Shown here one piece after another: positions 1 to 11,657 of a DNA stretch of 64,000 bases. The stretch covers positions 1,488,001-1,552,000 of the forward strand of contig VJWM01000068.1 of NCBI GenBank assembly GCA_010909165.1, read 5' to 3'. A program made the translations under genes and the position numbers. The notes under the pieces were generated by a model that ran no database searches, was not told the DNA's origin, and saw nothing but the letters and a program-made list of their open reading frames with translations. The stretch's first letter is position 1. Every line of letters begins with the position of its first letter. Source of the stretch: Anthoceros angustus. Taxonomy: Eukaryota; Plantae; Anthocerotophyta.

Positions 1-3000
1 GTCTCTGTATCCATTTGTGTGCGGAGGGGTTGCGTGCAGCAGCGGAGTAGCAGCTTCTTTTGCGGGACGCCTCTCAGGTCGTGCCTCCGAGTGCACTCGC
101 TGCCTCTGGCGCCTGCGCACAGGCCTGCCATCCGCTGCATTGCGAGCGAGTCTAAGCCCAAAGGTTAGTGCCGAGGCGCTTCTTATTGCTTTTGTGTGGT
201 ATGCATGTGGAGGCTGCAGCGTGTTTCGTGGCTGGATCGGGCGAGCACGGAGTGCGGATTCCGCTAGGCGAGGATTTGGTGCCGTTTTCGGGAAGCATGT
301 TGTTGTAAAGGTCTTGCTTGCCAGGCCCGGTTGGCGAGTGCGCAGGGGCGTTAGGTTGTATTTGTGGATGCTTCAAGCTGGGAGGGTGGAATTGTCCGTT
401 ACGGGGATTGGGGCCTGCGATTTTGGGGGAGCACCTGAGCTGAAGTAATGGCATTGTGTCCTACTTGTATCAGAATCGGTTTCAGACATCCCAAACATCC
501 CATCCTCTCCTGCTGCAGACGCTGCTGCTGCAGCTGCGAGCATCAAGTACCACCACACGTTCACTCCCTCCTTCTCTCCTGTGAAGTTCGAGTTGAAGCA
601 AGCTTATGTGGCGACAGCTCAAAGTGTGCGAGATACTCTTATTCAAAGATGGAACGAGACATACGAACACTTTCACAAGAACAACCCCAAGCAGACTTAT
701 TACCTGTCCATGGAGTTCCTTCAGGTACAGCTCTTGTCTTGTCTGATGACGGTGAAGACTCATATCTTTTAGCAAACAATTCACGTTGTCGTTGTGTGAG
801 CTCTGGATTATTTCACCGCCAGCTACTGGTAAGTCACTGTGGTTGTTTCGTATCCTCCAGGGCCGCGCTCTGCTGAACGCTATCGGGAACCTTCAGTTGA
901 CAGACATTTATGCTCAAGCACTCAAGAAGCTTGGCCACGAACTTGAGCGTGTGGCGGAGCAGGTGGGCCAGGAAGTTTTCTGTGCTCCCGATCTTACTCC
1001 CTTGACTTGCCTCGTGTGCCATCTCATCGTCATGTACTCTCAATGCAGGAACCCGATCCCGCTCTCGGGAATGGAGGTCTTGGCCGGTTGGCTTCGTGTT
1101 TTCTGGATTCTCTGGCCACCTTGAACTATCCTGCCTGGGGCTATGGGCTGCGATACAAGTATGGCTTGTTTCATCAGAAAGTGACTAAAGACGGGCAGCA
1201 AGAGTTCTCCGACAACTGGCTTGAGGTAATGAGGTCATGTGGTATCGGATGCACATTGAAGGTTCTTCTGCCTTAATGAGATTGACTTCATTTGCCGGGC
1301 TTTGACTTCATTTGACTTCATTTGCCGGGCTCTCACACCAATCTGCACACGGTAGTGCAGCTTGGACACCCTTGGGAGATTGTCAGGCATGACATCACCT
1401 ATCCCGTGAGGTTCTTCGGAAAGGTTGTAGAGTCTTACGATGGCAAAAAGCAGTGGGTAGGTGGGGAGGTTGTAAATGCTACTGCCTACGATGTGCCTAT
1501 CCCTGGATACAAGACCAAGAACACGATAAGCCTGAGGCTGTGGTCTACTTCGGTACCAGCTGAAAGCTTCAATCTCGAGGCTTTCAATGCTGGTGACCAT
1601 GACAAAGCGTCTCTGGCCCATGCCAGTGCTGAGAGGGTGAGTGATTTCAAACCAACGGGTATCAGCTATGCATTGGTGCTCCTTGCTGTAAGAAATGGTC
1701 AAAAATGCCTGCTTCTGCTAAGTGTTCTCCAAGTGGGGCTGTGTTAGTCAAAAGGATAGACTGCAGGAAGTGCATGATTCTCGACGTTTCTTGCAGCCCA
1801 TACCTTATTTCCCTGTTCGTGAGGCCTGTTGAGAGGTCTTTGACTTGCAGTGAGGTGTGTCTTTTGTATGGCTCACAGTCGTCTCCTCCTATATGTCCTG
1901 ATGACACTGGGATGCCCATTATGCCAGATCTGCCTGGTCCTGTACCCAGGAGATGGGACAATGGATGGGAAGATGCTCCGCTTGAAGCAACAATATACCC
2001 TGTGCTCTGCCTCCCTGCAAGACATCATAGCGCGTTTCAAGGAGAGGCACGGCGGGAAGGTTGATTGGGCTAACTTCCCATTGAAGGTGGCCATTCAAAT
2101 GAATGACACTCATCCCACGCTCTCGGTTCCTGAGCTCCTTCGTATCCTTCTTGATATTGAAGGTCTCCCTTGGGAGAAGGCATGGAAAGTGGTTCAAGGG
2201 TAAGTGGGCCTGGGAGCTTTGAGGCCGGGTCTTTATTTCCTTCAATTTTCTTTCCTACCAGTCACCATGTCCTTCATTGACTTCTCCACCTTCGTTGTTG
2301 CTGATCCGTCCTCTTGATGTCTTACTTTGAACACTTGACGTATTCTGGTTGTAGTTCTGCGATGATCTGGTCTTCGTTTGTCTTTATCATCGTCATGAAC
2401 TCAAATTTGTGAACCATTTTGTTGACACTGCAGAACTGTTGCCTACACCAATCACACTGTGCTCCCTGAGGCTTTGGAGAAGTGGCCATTAGAAATGATG
2501 CAGAAACTTCTTCCTCGCCACATCCAAATCATAGAAAAGATCGATGAAGAGGTATGCAAGTAATCTCCTTCTTCTTGTCTCATCCGCGCAGGAAACTTTC
2601 CGCATACTGATAGAGAATCGTATGCTATGTCCCAGTTCATTAAGTTGATTGCGGGTGCTAAGAGCCCAATCAAGAAAGCGGATCTGCACAAGAAAATTGC
2701 AAGTATGAGGATCCTGGAAAATGTTGAACTCCCCAAATCAGTGAAGTCACTTGTCCCAGCTGAGCCTGTGTCTAAGGCGTCAGCAAAGCACAAATCGAAT
2801 AAAGATGACGATGAGGAAGAACCTGCAAAGCCTGGTCTTGTCAGAATGGCAAACTTGTGTGTTATCTCTGGTCACAAGGTTAATGGAGTTGCTGCGATTC
2901 ACTCCGAAATTGTGAAAGCCGACGTCTTCAATGACTTCTATCAGGTCTGGAGCGTTCTGGTTTGCTAGTCAACTTGTCGGGACTGCTTTCCAGATAAACT

Positions 3001-4824
3001 GACTACAGTCTGTGTGTGCAGCTCTGGCCAGAGAAGTTTCAAAACAAGACGAATGGAGTAACACCCAGGAGGTGGCTCCGCATCTGTAATCCGGAGCTGA
3101 GTCAAGTCATCACCAAGTGGCTTGGATCTGAGGAATGGGTGCTGAAAACGGAGCTGCTGTCTGGACTTCGAAAGGTATCATGACCAATTCAATCTGTCGG
3201 ACTAGATATCATCATGTCACAAGACCTTGTGTGCTCTTGGGCCCCATCCTTATGCGTTCCAGGCGACCCCTTGTGGTATCCATTCCATCATGCAGTTTGC
3301 TGACAACAAGGAGCTTCAGGCCGAGTGGATAAAAGCGAAGAGGGTTAAGAAGGTCCAGCTTGCTCACTACGTCAAGGAGAAGACAGGCTTTGTGATCAGC
3401 CCTGATGCTCTGTATGATATTCAGGTGGGCCCTAACCTCTGCCCAGAATACGTTTGTCGGCATTATGAAGATTCTCAGGTGCACAATCAGACCTCCTGAG
3501 ATGTAAAAGATTCCCATCTCGCACATGCCAGGTGAAACGCATCCATGAGTACAAGCGACAACTTCTTAACATTCTAGGCGTGGTGTACCGCTACAAGAAA
3601 ATGAAGGAAATGAGCTGTAAGGAGAGAAAAGCGAAATATGTACCTCGGGTGTGCCTATTTGGAGGGAAGGCGTTTGCTACTTATCTGCAAGCAAAGCGCA
3701 TCGTCAGGCTCATCAGCGACGTTGGTGCTGTGATAAACAACGACCCTGAAATCGGGGATTTGTTGAAGGTACCTGTCAACGCTGTTGTTTTCTTAGCTTG
3801 TCCAACGGATTCTGCCAGGGAAAATCCAGTTGTGTAGTTCTCGTCTACTGCCGCTATCAACCACCTGCTGCTTTACCATTGTAGGTGATCTTTGTACCAG
3901 ATTACAATGTCAGTGTTGCGGAGGTTCTTATTCCAGCGAGTGAGCTTTCAGAGCACATCAGGTTGGGTGTCAAATTTGTCCAGGAGGTTTCCCGTTGTCG
4001 TCCTGTCTCTGGTCTGAATGGCTTGGCTGCTTTGCTTGCGTGGGATCCTGAGTCCCTGCCGTTGGCGATGTGTTTTAGCACTGCGGGCATGGAGGCCAGT
4101 GGGACTAGCAACATGAAATTTGCAATGAATGGTTGTGTTTTGATTGGCACGCTGGATGGTGCGAACGTTGAGATTCGGGAGGAAGTTGGTGAGGAAAACT
4201 TCTTCCTGTTCGGCGCATTTGCCGATCAGATCGCAGGTCTTCGCAAGGAGCGGGCTGAGGGCAAGGTAGGGAAACGTTTCAGTTGCGTCTGACATTTACA
4301 ACGGCTTGCCGGTTTCTTACATTTTGCGAGGCGATGCGCTGATGTACTCCTTGTTTGGTGTTCTCAGTTCGAGCCGGACCCAAGGTTTGAGGAGGCCAAA
4401 TCATTTATCAGATCTGGGGTCTTTGGTTCGTACGATTTTACACCCTTACTGGATTCCCTAGAGGGTGATGAAGGGTTTGGGCGAGCTGACTACTTCTTGG
4501 TCGGGAAGGACTTCCCCTCATACATCGAATGTCAGGACGAGGTCGACGAAGCCTACAGGGATCCAAAGGTAATGTAACCCTGATTGTTGTTTGTTCTAAT
4601 GTAGAGCGCGATGCAACATTGAGCGTCTGCTACGTTCTGATCTCTCTTGCTGGCTGTCGCTCTTCCTGTTGTTTGAAAGTTAAAACACGCCCTTGGTTGT
4701 TTTGCAGAGATGGGTGAAAATGTCCATTTTAAACACGGCTGGATCTCCCAAGTTCAGCAGTGATCGAACAATTCATGAATACGCAAAGGATATCTGGGGA
4801 ATCAAGCCTTTGCCAGTTCCTTGA
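1..4824 (+). CDS. PHS1: Plastidial alpha-glucan (starch) phosphorylase, L/Pho1 type; 15 exons, 5'-partial
   Basis: Spliced by hand with GT-AG introns. Exons: <1-163, 474-724, 861-962, 1049-1225, 1361-1636, 1928-2199, 2434-2551, 2636-2944, 3022-3174, 3296-3424, 3532-3768, 3885-3961, 4079-4265, 4368-4568, 4708-4824 (TGA); total 2769 nt, in frame. Motifs: [104 protein letters not shown]. Exon 1 read from base 1 is transit-peptide-like ([13 protein letters not shown]...[12 protein letters not shown]). The [10 protein letters not shown] plus acidic insert marks the plastidial type. Confidence 0.97.
1282..1331. repeat. Small tandem duplication in PHS1 intron 4
   Basis: TTGACTTCAT x3, two of them extended by TTGCCGGGCT. 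Confidence 0.85.
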
Positions 4825-5655
4825 GCTCAAGTTTTTTTCTGATTTCAGAAAGCAATTTTTTGGTGGCTCATGGAGCGAGCTGCTCAGCAATTTGGTAGTT
4901 ACTCGGCAGAGTTCTCATCTGCCTGATTGTCCCTGGACCTCCATGTCCAGTGGAAAGGCTGAGTGTTGACTCTTTCTCCTCCGATGAAAGCTTCGTTGTT
5001 CGATGTATAGATCAGCTGTCCTTCCAACAGCAGAGCAGCAGGTACAGATAGTTCATGATTGTTGCCTTGGTAATTCATCAAAGATGTCCGATTAACTAGC
5101 GGATCATCTGTTCTCAATACTGCATTTTCAAACTTATGAGCTCCCAACATACATTTAGTTGCAAGGCGTCCACATCGACACCGGAAGGTTGGCTCGTGCG
5201 AAGGGAAGGTTTCCTCATTATCCATAGGCAGAAGACGGACGGAAAGCTAGACATTGGACTCGCCTGTGAAATTAGGCGGGACTCTTTTTCTGCTCCTCCT
5301 ATCGCACGGTTTGCTGTCTCAAATGTTTTATCGTGCGGTACTTGATATTGTTTAGATCGAATGCAGAACCCCAAACATCCACTCAAGCAAGCGTTGGTCG
5401 CGTTACTGCGAGGTTCTTACTGTAGAATGATTACCAACCTATCCAGTAATAATAACATATTTAATTATTATATTATCATTAATTATTATATAATCAATAA
5501 ACATTTAATATAATCCATTTATATCTAAAAATAAAAATAAAGCTCAAATTATCTGTATCTTATCAAATGAAATAAAATTCCATGTCAATCACATATTACT
5601 CCGATGATATGTCCGGACAAGCATTCGAACCTCGCCCTTCCAGTGCGGGCCTTTA

Positions 5656-5673
5656 GAAGAAGAAGAAGAAGAA
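5656..5673. repeat. (GAA)6 microsatellite
   Basis: Read directly; follows an AT-rich tract at about 5440-5590. Confidence 0.85.
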
Positions 5674-6204
5674 TTTTATTTAAGTCCACTAAGGATGGAT
5701 TTCCATCATGGGACTGATCTGACAGATATAAGAGAGACTTTCATCTGCTATTCTGGGTCTGGCCTAGAGACTAATGCTGTGAAGCATAATCAAATATCCG
5801 GCAAGTTGAGAAGTTGAATTTGATTGGTCCTCATTTCCCACATTTGTTTCAAGCAAACTCCTGCAATAATAGGGTCAGAAAAATTGAAAAAACCCCTGAG
5901 TGAAGATCCAGGTGTTGTAAATAGATTCATAAATATTGTAGACAATTATTTTGATGCACATTCCGTATCTTGTGGCTTATTTTTTTGTACTCTTGTAATG
6001 GTGCTCCAGCTTAACCACATTCTTGAAACAAAGACCTTTTGTCTAACATCGTTTGCTTCCGAGGGAGCTCTTGTCAAAAATCACCTTGCGATCAGGATTC
6101 ACTCGTCAAAACTCAACCTAGATAAAGTGGCAGTTTAGCCTACTCTTGCTAACCATGACTGAGCTTGTCGCCCCGGGTGTTCACAGGTTCCGATCATGTT
6201 GCCG

Positions 6205-6282
6205 CTGAGAAGTATTGCACCTGCTAGACTTGGCTCCTCTCTTGATACTGAGAAGTATTGCACCTGCTAGACTTGGCTCCTC
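6205..6282. repeat. Exact ~35-bp direct repeat x2 (43-bp period)
   Basis: CTGAGAAGTATTGCACCTGCTAGACTTGGCTCCTC at 6205 and 6248. Confidence 0.9.
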
Positions 6283-6606
6283 CCTATCAAGAGAGATGCA
6301 TGTATGACCTCGAATGTGACAAGGGTTGCAAGTGGTTCTCTAGCAGGCAACAATGTGACAATGTGACTGTTGCCATCTCTAAGACTAGATTGAGCATGGG
6401 CTGCGATTTTCTACGGTCTGCTGAGCCTGGGACTTCTCGTTCTCAAACAAAGTATGTATAAAGCTTGATAAATTCCACCATAAGAAGTTGCTAGACAAGT
6501 GTTGGACATAGCAATTTTGGAGCTTTACAGGTCGACATGTCCTATACGTAACAAGTAGTCGGGACATTCCAGTTTCGGAACATGACATGCCGAGATGCCC
6601 TGTATC

Positions 6607-7030
6607 TACAGGCAGGTTGAGATGAAAAAACACACCTCGGCCTTGACAGGCAGGTTGAGATTAACCACATGACTCGAGCTTTACAGGCAGGTAGGTTGAG
6701 GTGTCCTACACGCCTCGAGCTAAACAGGCAGGTTGAGGTGCCCTACACGCCTCGAGCTTACCAGAAAGGTTGAGGTGTCCTACACGCCTCGAAGGCTTCT
6801 GGCAACCGCACGTACTTGCACCTCTGCCAGGGGCTTGCCTAACAAAGAAAGGGGGCCCTTACGAAGCTACGTACCCTGCTAGTTGTCCCTACTACAAGAT
6901 AGGGAGCCCTTACCAGAGCTATGCCCCTGTTGCTTGTCCCAACTACAAACTAGGGAACTCTTACCAGAGCCATGTCCCCTATTAGTTGTTCCAACTACAA
7001 AATAGATAAAGCTGCAACCATATCCTACTG
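6607..7030. repeat. Degenerate tandem repeats downstream of the RING gene (~37-40-bp then ~51-bp units)
   Basis: ACAGGCAGGTTGAG and GGTTGAGGTGTCCTACACGCCTCGA recur at 6607-6790; a TTGTCCC(T/A)ACTACAA...CTTACCAGAGC unit recurs about 3 times at 6870-7030. Confidence 0.8.
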
Positions 7031-7073
7031 TGTAGGCAGGAACCATATCCTACACAATCCATGATTTCCAAAA

Positions 7074-8174
7074 TCAAGTGAGGCCAAGGTTGCACTTCAA
7101 CATGCCGTGGATGGGGTCTCTGCAAGTCGGGCAAGTATTCTGCTGCAATCTGTGTGCCGTTAAGCACTGCAGGCAGTAGTCGAAATGCATACAAGGCAGC
7201 AGCACGGAATCCCTGAGCCTGTTAAGACAGATCTTACAAACATTCTTGTGCTGCTCCTCAGCGAGAAGAGCCTCGTGCTCTCCCTTCTGCTGCGCCAAAG
7301 CAGCCTCGTGCGCTTCCTTCAGAGCACAGATCTGGTCTTCGTGATCCCGCTTCACCTTCTCCAACTCAGCCTTCGCCGCAGCCGTCCCCTCCAGGGCAAC
7401 GTTCATCAACCGCTCGGCCTCGGCCTTCTCCGCTGCTGCAAATTTCATCTCCCGTTCCACCGCTCCCTCCTTAGCACGGTCCACAAGGTCCTCAATATTC
7501 CGCGCACAATCCTGCAGCGTTGTCAGCTCATGCGAGTCGATCTCCCTCAACACATGATTCGCACCCCGCTGCATCGCCATAGAAAGATACTGCCAACTGC
7601 TGTCGTACTCCGCCACCTCCCGCTCGGAAGGAAGCTCAACAGCCGCGGCATCCACCGCGGCCGCACCTCGATCCGCAATCTCCTGCTGCACCACGGGCTG
7701 GTCGTGCTCCCGGGCCGGGGCCGGGGCCTCCTCCTCCTTGAAGCCGCCCGCTCCTGCACCTTGAGCCCTTCCATCCGCGGCCTCCGGCCTCGTCAAGCCA
7801 TAGGCCCCGTGCCTTCCCGCAGCAGGAGCAGGCGCCGGCAAAGCCACAGCAGTGTGCTGCCGAACATTGAGCTCCAGCCGCGGCCTCTTCGGCACCTGCG
7901 GGCCTCCTTCCACCTCCGGCCCATGCGCTGCTCCTCCCTCCAACGGCCTCAGACCCCGCGGCTGGCGCGCGGGCTCCACCGGAAAGAAACGCTGCCAGTA
8001 CTCGTTAGCGTACTGGTGCGCGACATCGCCAACCGGCAGGAGCGCCCCCCTGTAGCCGAGGCCCCGGCCCGCCTGCTCCATCTCGTAGAAGTGCCGATCC
8101 TCATACGCTCTCCGCAGCATTTCCTCATATCTGAACATCGCGGGCCGAGCCGCCCTGTCACTGTGTGAGCTCAT
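7074..8174 (-). CDS. Intronless coiled-coil + C-terminal C3HC4 RING-finger protein (putative E3 ubiquitin ligase; SBP/BOI-like architecture)
   Basis: 366-aa ATG-to-stop ORF. C-terminus CKICLNRLRDSVLLPCMHFDYCLQCLTAHRLQQNTCPTCR fits C-x2-C...C-x-H-x2-C-x2-C...CPxCR. It is preceded by an E/A/K-rich heptad region. Strong GC3 bias. Confidence 0.85.
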   Translation of the reverse strand: MSSHSDRAARPAMFRYEEMLRRAYEDRHFYEMEQAGRGLGYRGALLPVGDVAHQYANEYWQRFFPVEPARQPRGLRPLEGGAAHGPEVEGGPQVPKRPRLELNVRQHTAVALPAPAPAAGRHGAYGLTRPEAADGRAQGAGAGGFKEEEAPAPAREHDQPVVQQEIADRGAAAVDAAAVELPSEREVAEYDSSWQYLSMAMQRGANHVLREIDSHELTTLQDCARNIEDLVDRAKEGAVEREMKFAAAEKAEAERLMNVALEGTAAAKAELEKVKRDHEDQICALKEAHEAALAQQKGEHEALLAEEQHKNVCKICLNRLRDSVLLPCMHFDYCLQCLTAHRLQQNTCPTCRDPIHGMLKCNLGLT

Positions 8175-8405
8175 GTTTCTTCCCCGGGAGCTCAGAAGCC
8201 GTCACTGCCAAGCTCAAAAGCTTCGGTTGAAGACCGCTTGCTCCTTTCAACTTCATCCCCGCTGTTATAGCTAGGGCAAAACACAGAGCTGTCCTTACTC
8301 GACGCTGCTCCACATCCCCCGTTCCCGTTGCGCTCCCTGTTCCCGTTGGAGGGAGCCTCTGAGTTGTCACTCTCCTTCGCTCAACCGCTCAACGGGGGTA
8401 GTAGG

Positions 8406-8825
8406 CCGGCTCGGCCGGCGGGGATTGAAGGCCACTCGCCCGATTGAGGGCTACGGAACCCGGCCAATATTTGGCCGAACCGGTAGTAGACCGGCTCGGC
8501 CGGGAGACGGTCTGAGCTCGGAGGAGGTATTGAGGGCTACGGAACCCAGCCAATATTTGGCCGAACCGGTAATGACCGGCTCGGCCGGGAGACGGTCTGA
8601 GCTCGGAGGAGGTATTGAGGCTATGCGGCCCGGCTAATAGCTAATAAGTCGCCGAAACCGGGCCGGTAATAGACCGGCTCAGCCAGGACACGGTCTGGGC
8701 TCCGACCACGGTATTGAGCGCTACGCGACCGGGGCAATAAGCCGCCGAACCGGTTGTGGACCGGCTCGGCCGGAACATGGACTGGGCTCCTACGACGGTA
8801 TTGAGGGTTACGCGACCCGGCCATT
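8406..8825. repeat. GC-rich ~85-bp tandem repeat, about 5 units, upstream of the RING gene
   Basis: Units start with CCGGCTC(G/A)GCC at about 8406, 8491, 8576, 8674 and 8761, and share GGTATTGAG(G/C)GCTACG and GCCGAACCGGT. Confidence 0.9.
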
Positions 8826-8839
8826 GGCTGGCTGCTGCC

Positions 8840-9390
8840 AGTAGTATCGTGTAGTGCATACTGTAGTGTCTAGTGCCTACTAGTGCCTACTGCGTAGTGT
8901 AGATATTACACGGACTCTATCAAATAGTGAGTAGTGTTGTGTGGCATCTCAATATATCAAATGCGTTGACTTATCCTGACAGGTGCTTCTCATAGGAATC
9001 AGGCGACTTGAAAGAGTATGTAGTGTAGTGTGGTGTGGCATCTATATCAAATACATATATTGATAGGTTGACTTTCAAGTTCTTTTTGAAAGACATCAAG
9101 CGACTTCATAGAGTCTGTACTTTCATGTGGTGCGGCGTTTCTCAAAGGCATCAAGCGACTTCAAATAGTCTCTCAAAGATATCAGGAGACTTCAAAGAGT
9201 CTATGGTTTGTGCGACATCTCTATCAAGTATGTACATACTTAGATATTTCATGTGCTTCTCAAAAGACATCAAGCGAGTTGAAACAGACTTCAAAGAGTC
9301 TGAAGTGTCGTGCGGCAGCTTTATCAAATACGTTGACTTGTTAAGTGCTTCTCAAAGGCATCAAGCGACTTCAAAGAGTATGTCTTGCAG
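8840..9390. repeat. Degenerate tandem repeat block (GTAGTG runs, then ~90-110-bp units)
   Basis: CATCAAGCGACTTCAAAGAGT-like and GTGCTTCTCA(A/T)AG motifs recur 5-6 times. Confidence 0.75.
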
Positions 9391-10832
9391 CACTCACTGG
9401 TTTGCAGTCCGCAATCAATCAGTGTTGTGGGGCACACACTGGCGATCTACATACTTCTTCTGCAGCATTTTCCAAGATGTTACCTCCTCTTTGAGAGCTT
9501 GAGAGAACATTAAATGCCATACTTCATCAAGTGTGGGAACATACATGGAGTTTGAGAGAATATCGAGTCTCATACTTCATCACATGCGGGAACATGTGTA
9601 GTCTGAACATATATCCATCATGCACAAAGTCAACGTACTGAGGAGTCATAGTTCCTTTTTAGTGGTTTCGGAGCTTTACCGGTATATCAAAGTGTACATC
9701 GAAGCCCCGTAGGCAGCTCTTACAACACAAGAGTTTCATTCAACTGGAGATGGATGGCACTCTGAGTTTTGATTCGTCCATAGGACGCTCGATTGTGGAT
9801 GTTCCAATGACGTCATGTCCATGTATAAGATGTCACTCCAAATTCTTCAAGGAGGACTTCAACATTCATAGTTAAATATCCAATATGTCGTTCTATGTTG
9901 TGTCATGTGCATTTGATTACTGGATTAGTGAAAGCCTCTCATACCACATCATAGCCGGCACATATTTAGACATGCTTAGAGAAAATAAACACACTCATGA
10001 ATGCAAATACATTGTCACCTATACGGGCTGCAGACCCACCCCCTTAATTAATGCTAATTACTGCTTACTTGCGATAACACACAACCATGCATGATAAATA
10101 TTTGTTGATATAATATCCGAATAGCAGTTAATATTGTTAATGTTCCCAAGGCTTGTTGTAGCTCCAATATTTGAGTCTCGAGTAAATGGTGTGAAATGGA
10201 GGATCATGTTCAAGATTCTCTGGACATATGGCATAGTATTCAAGTCTATAGCCTCACTTAAAGCAACTAAGCATGCTCAAGATCCTTTGGATTGTATGGC
10301 ATTGTATTCAAGTCTATATAGCCTCATGCAATTGAGCATTTTCTGCCTAAAGTGCATTGATCCAAGCTACTATCCTTCCAACAATGACATATAGTGTGTG
10401 GACTAACATGAAGCCTTCACGCTTTCTCCAACATAATTATGGCTTGAGAGACATCAATACTCGAATTTGCATTTTCCATTAACTTGCCAATCCTGAAAGC
10501 AATCATACGCTTCCAATAGTGAGGTTTGAAAGAAAAATACTACCTTGATCCAATGGTTCATAAAAATTTAAGTTTGTAGCATGAGGTGGAAGAAAGGCTA
10601 ATTTTGTGATGAGCAGCTGAAGTTCAATAATAATTATGGCGATATCTAGTACAATTATCTAGTATTAATAGTAACACTCTTGTTCGGCTACCTTGATCCA
10701 ATGGTTGATACAAGCTTGTAACATTGGGTAGAGGAAAGGCTAAATTTGTGACGCACAGCGAATAACAAGGTCTGCGTCCAACAAACGGATTCCGCAGAAA
10801 TGGGCTGCAATTAAGAAAAAAACCTAATTGGG

Positions 10833-10914
10833 TTGGGGCTGTCCGGAGTATGTCCTAGCTATCTCATCGAACATTGGGGCTGTCCCGAGTATGTCCCAAC
10901 TGTCTCATCTAACA
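10833..10914. repeat. 41-bp tandem repeat x2
   Basis: TTGGGGCTGTCC(G/C)GAGTATGTCC...TCTCATC(G/T)AACA at 10833 and 10874. Confidence 0.85.
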
Positions 10915-11025
10915 TGTAGCAAAAAATGAGTCCTCTGTTCCTCTCCACCCCGCGCCCCCTCCCCCCCAGCCGTTGAAGCCTCGATGGTTTATGCCCGTTG
11001 TATCTGGTTTTCTTGTACAACAGTG

Positions 11026-11140
11026 ATCCGGGACCTCAACTAGTGGTGGATTTAGGCAAAACACATGGTAACCACCATCACAGTGATCACAGGAAATATG
11101 CTCGTATTAGCAGGACTTCTACACTTGCAGTTAGGCCCTA
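11026..11140 (-). pseudogene. Degenerate PHD-finger coding remnant
   Basis: Minus frame from 11100 reads HISCDHCDGGYHVFCLNPPLVEVPD, matching the PHD core CDxCDxGYHxxCLxPPLxxVP. The upstream CxxC part contains stops or a frameshift. Confidence 0.7.
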
Positions 11141-11266
11141 TCCATGGCTTTCGCCTGGCACCTAGTTAAAAAGGGCCGCTTTCTCCCGTAACAAATCGTA
11201 GAAAATGAGCTGCAAATGACGTACTAGCACGCTCGGGACCTTGTGATTCAATCCGTGAACTGTCAT

Positions 11267-11657
11267 CTATTGACATTTTAGACTCCATGAGGCCATAGCA
11301 GTTTTCCATAATTGGTCCCCTGTAGTTAATGGAGGATTACAAACAAGGCAACAACATTCACAGTGGCCACGGGGGTGAACCTTGGAAGCCGTTCCCCGAA
11401 GGCCATTGAAAGCATCCTTTAGGAATGCCATCTCAACATGGTACCTACAACAACATAGATTGCATTCCTTTAGGCTCTTCACATAGAAGGGCTTCAATTT
11501 CTTGAATGTACGTTTGCCTACTTGAATATCAGGGTGTTCGTGACAGAAGCGAAGGTAGAATTCCGTCTGCACATGCTAGCATCATATGAATTAGTGCGGC
11601 TGAATGTATATGTGATGCCACTTTCACTAACGGCCAGCTGGGCGTGCACCAAGCCCG
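11267..11657 (-). pseudogene. Cys-rich protein relic, possibly transposase-derived, cut by an LTR insertion
   Basis: QTEFYLRFCHEHPDIQVGKRTFKKLKPFYVKSLKECNLCCCRYHVEM...HCECCCLVC. In-frame stops lie just upstream and the segment ends at the LTR boundary 11658. Family not confidently assigned. Confidence 0.5.

Noticed and set aside
17-448. 143-aa ORF at the window start
   Set aside because: Wrong frame of PHS1 exon 1 running into intron 1.
5600-5700. tRNA/SINE-like B-box (GGTTCGAATGC on minus)
   Set aside because: No convincing A-box, cloverleaf, tail or TSD.
6770-6985. Tyr/Pro repeat peptide ORF
   Set aside because: Arises from 51-bp in-frame tandem repeats, lacks an ATG start and has no supporting gene structure.
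7185-8168. 327-aa plus-strand ORF antisense to the RING gene
   Set aside because: Leu/Arg/His-rich mirror of a GC3-biased coding strand with no domain motif; an expected shadow ORF.
8406-8825. CRISPR-like appearance of the regularly spaced repeats
   Set aside because: Whole units are homologous (no unique spacers), no cas genes, eukaryotic context.
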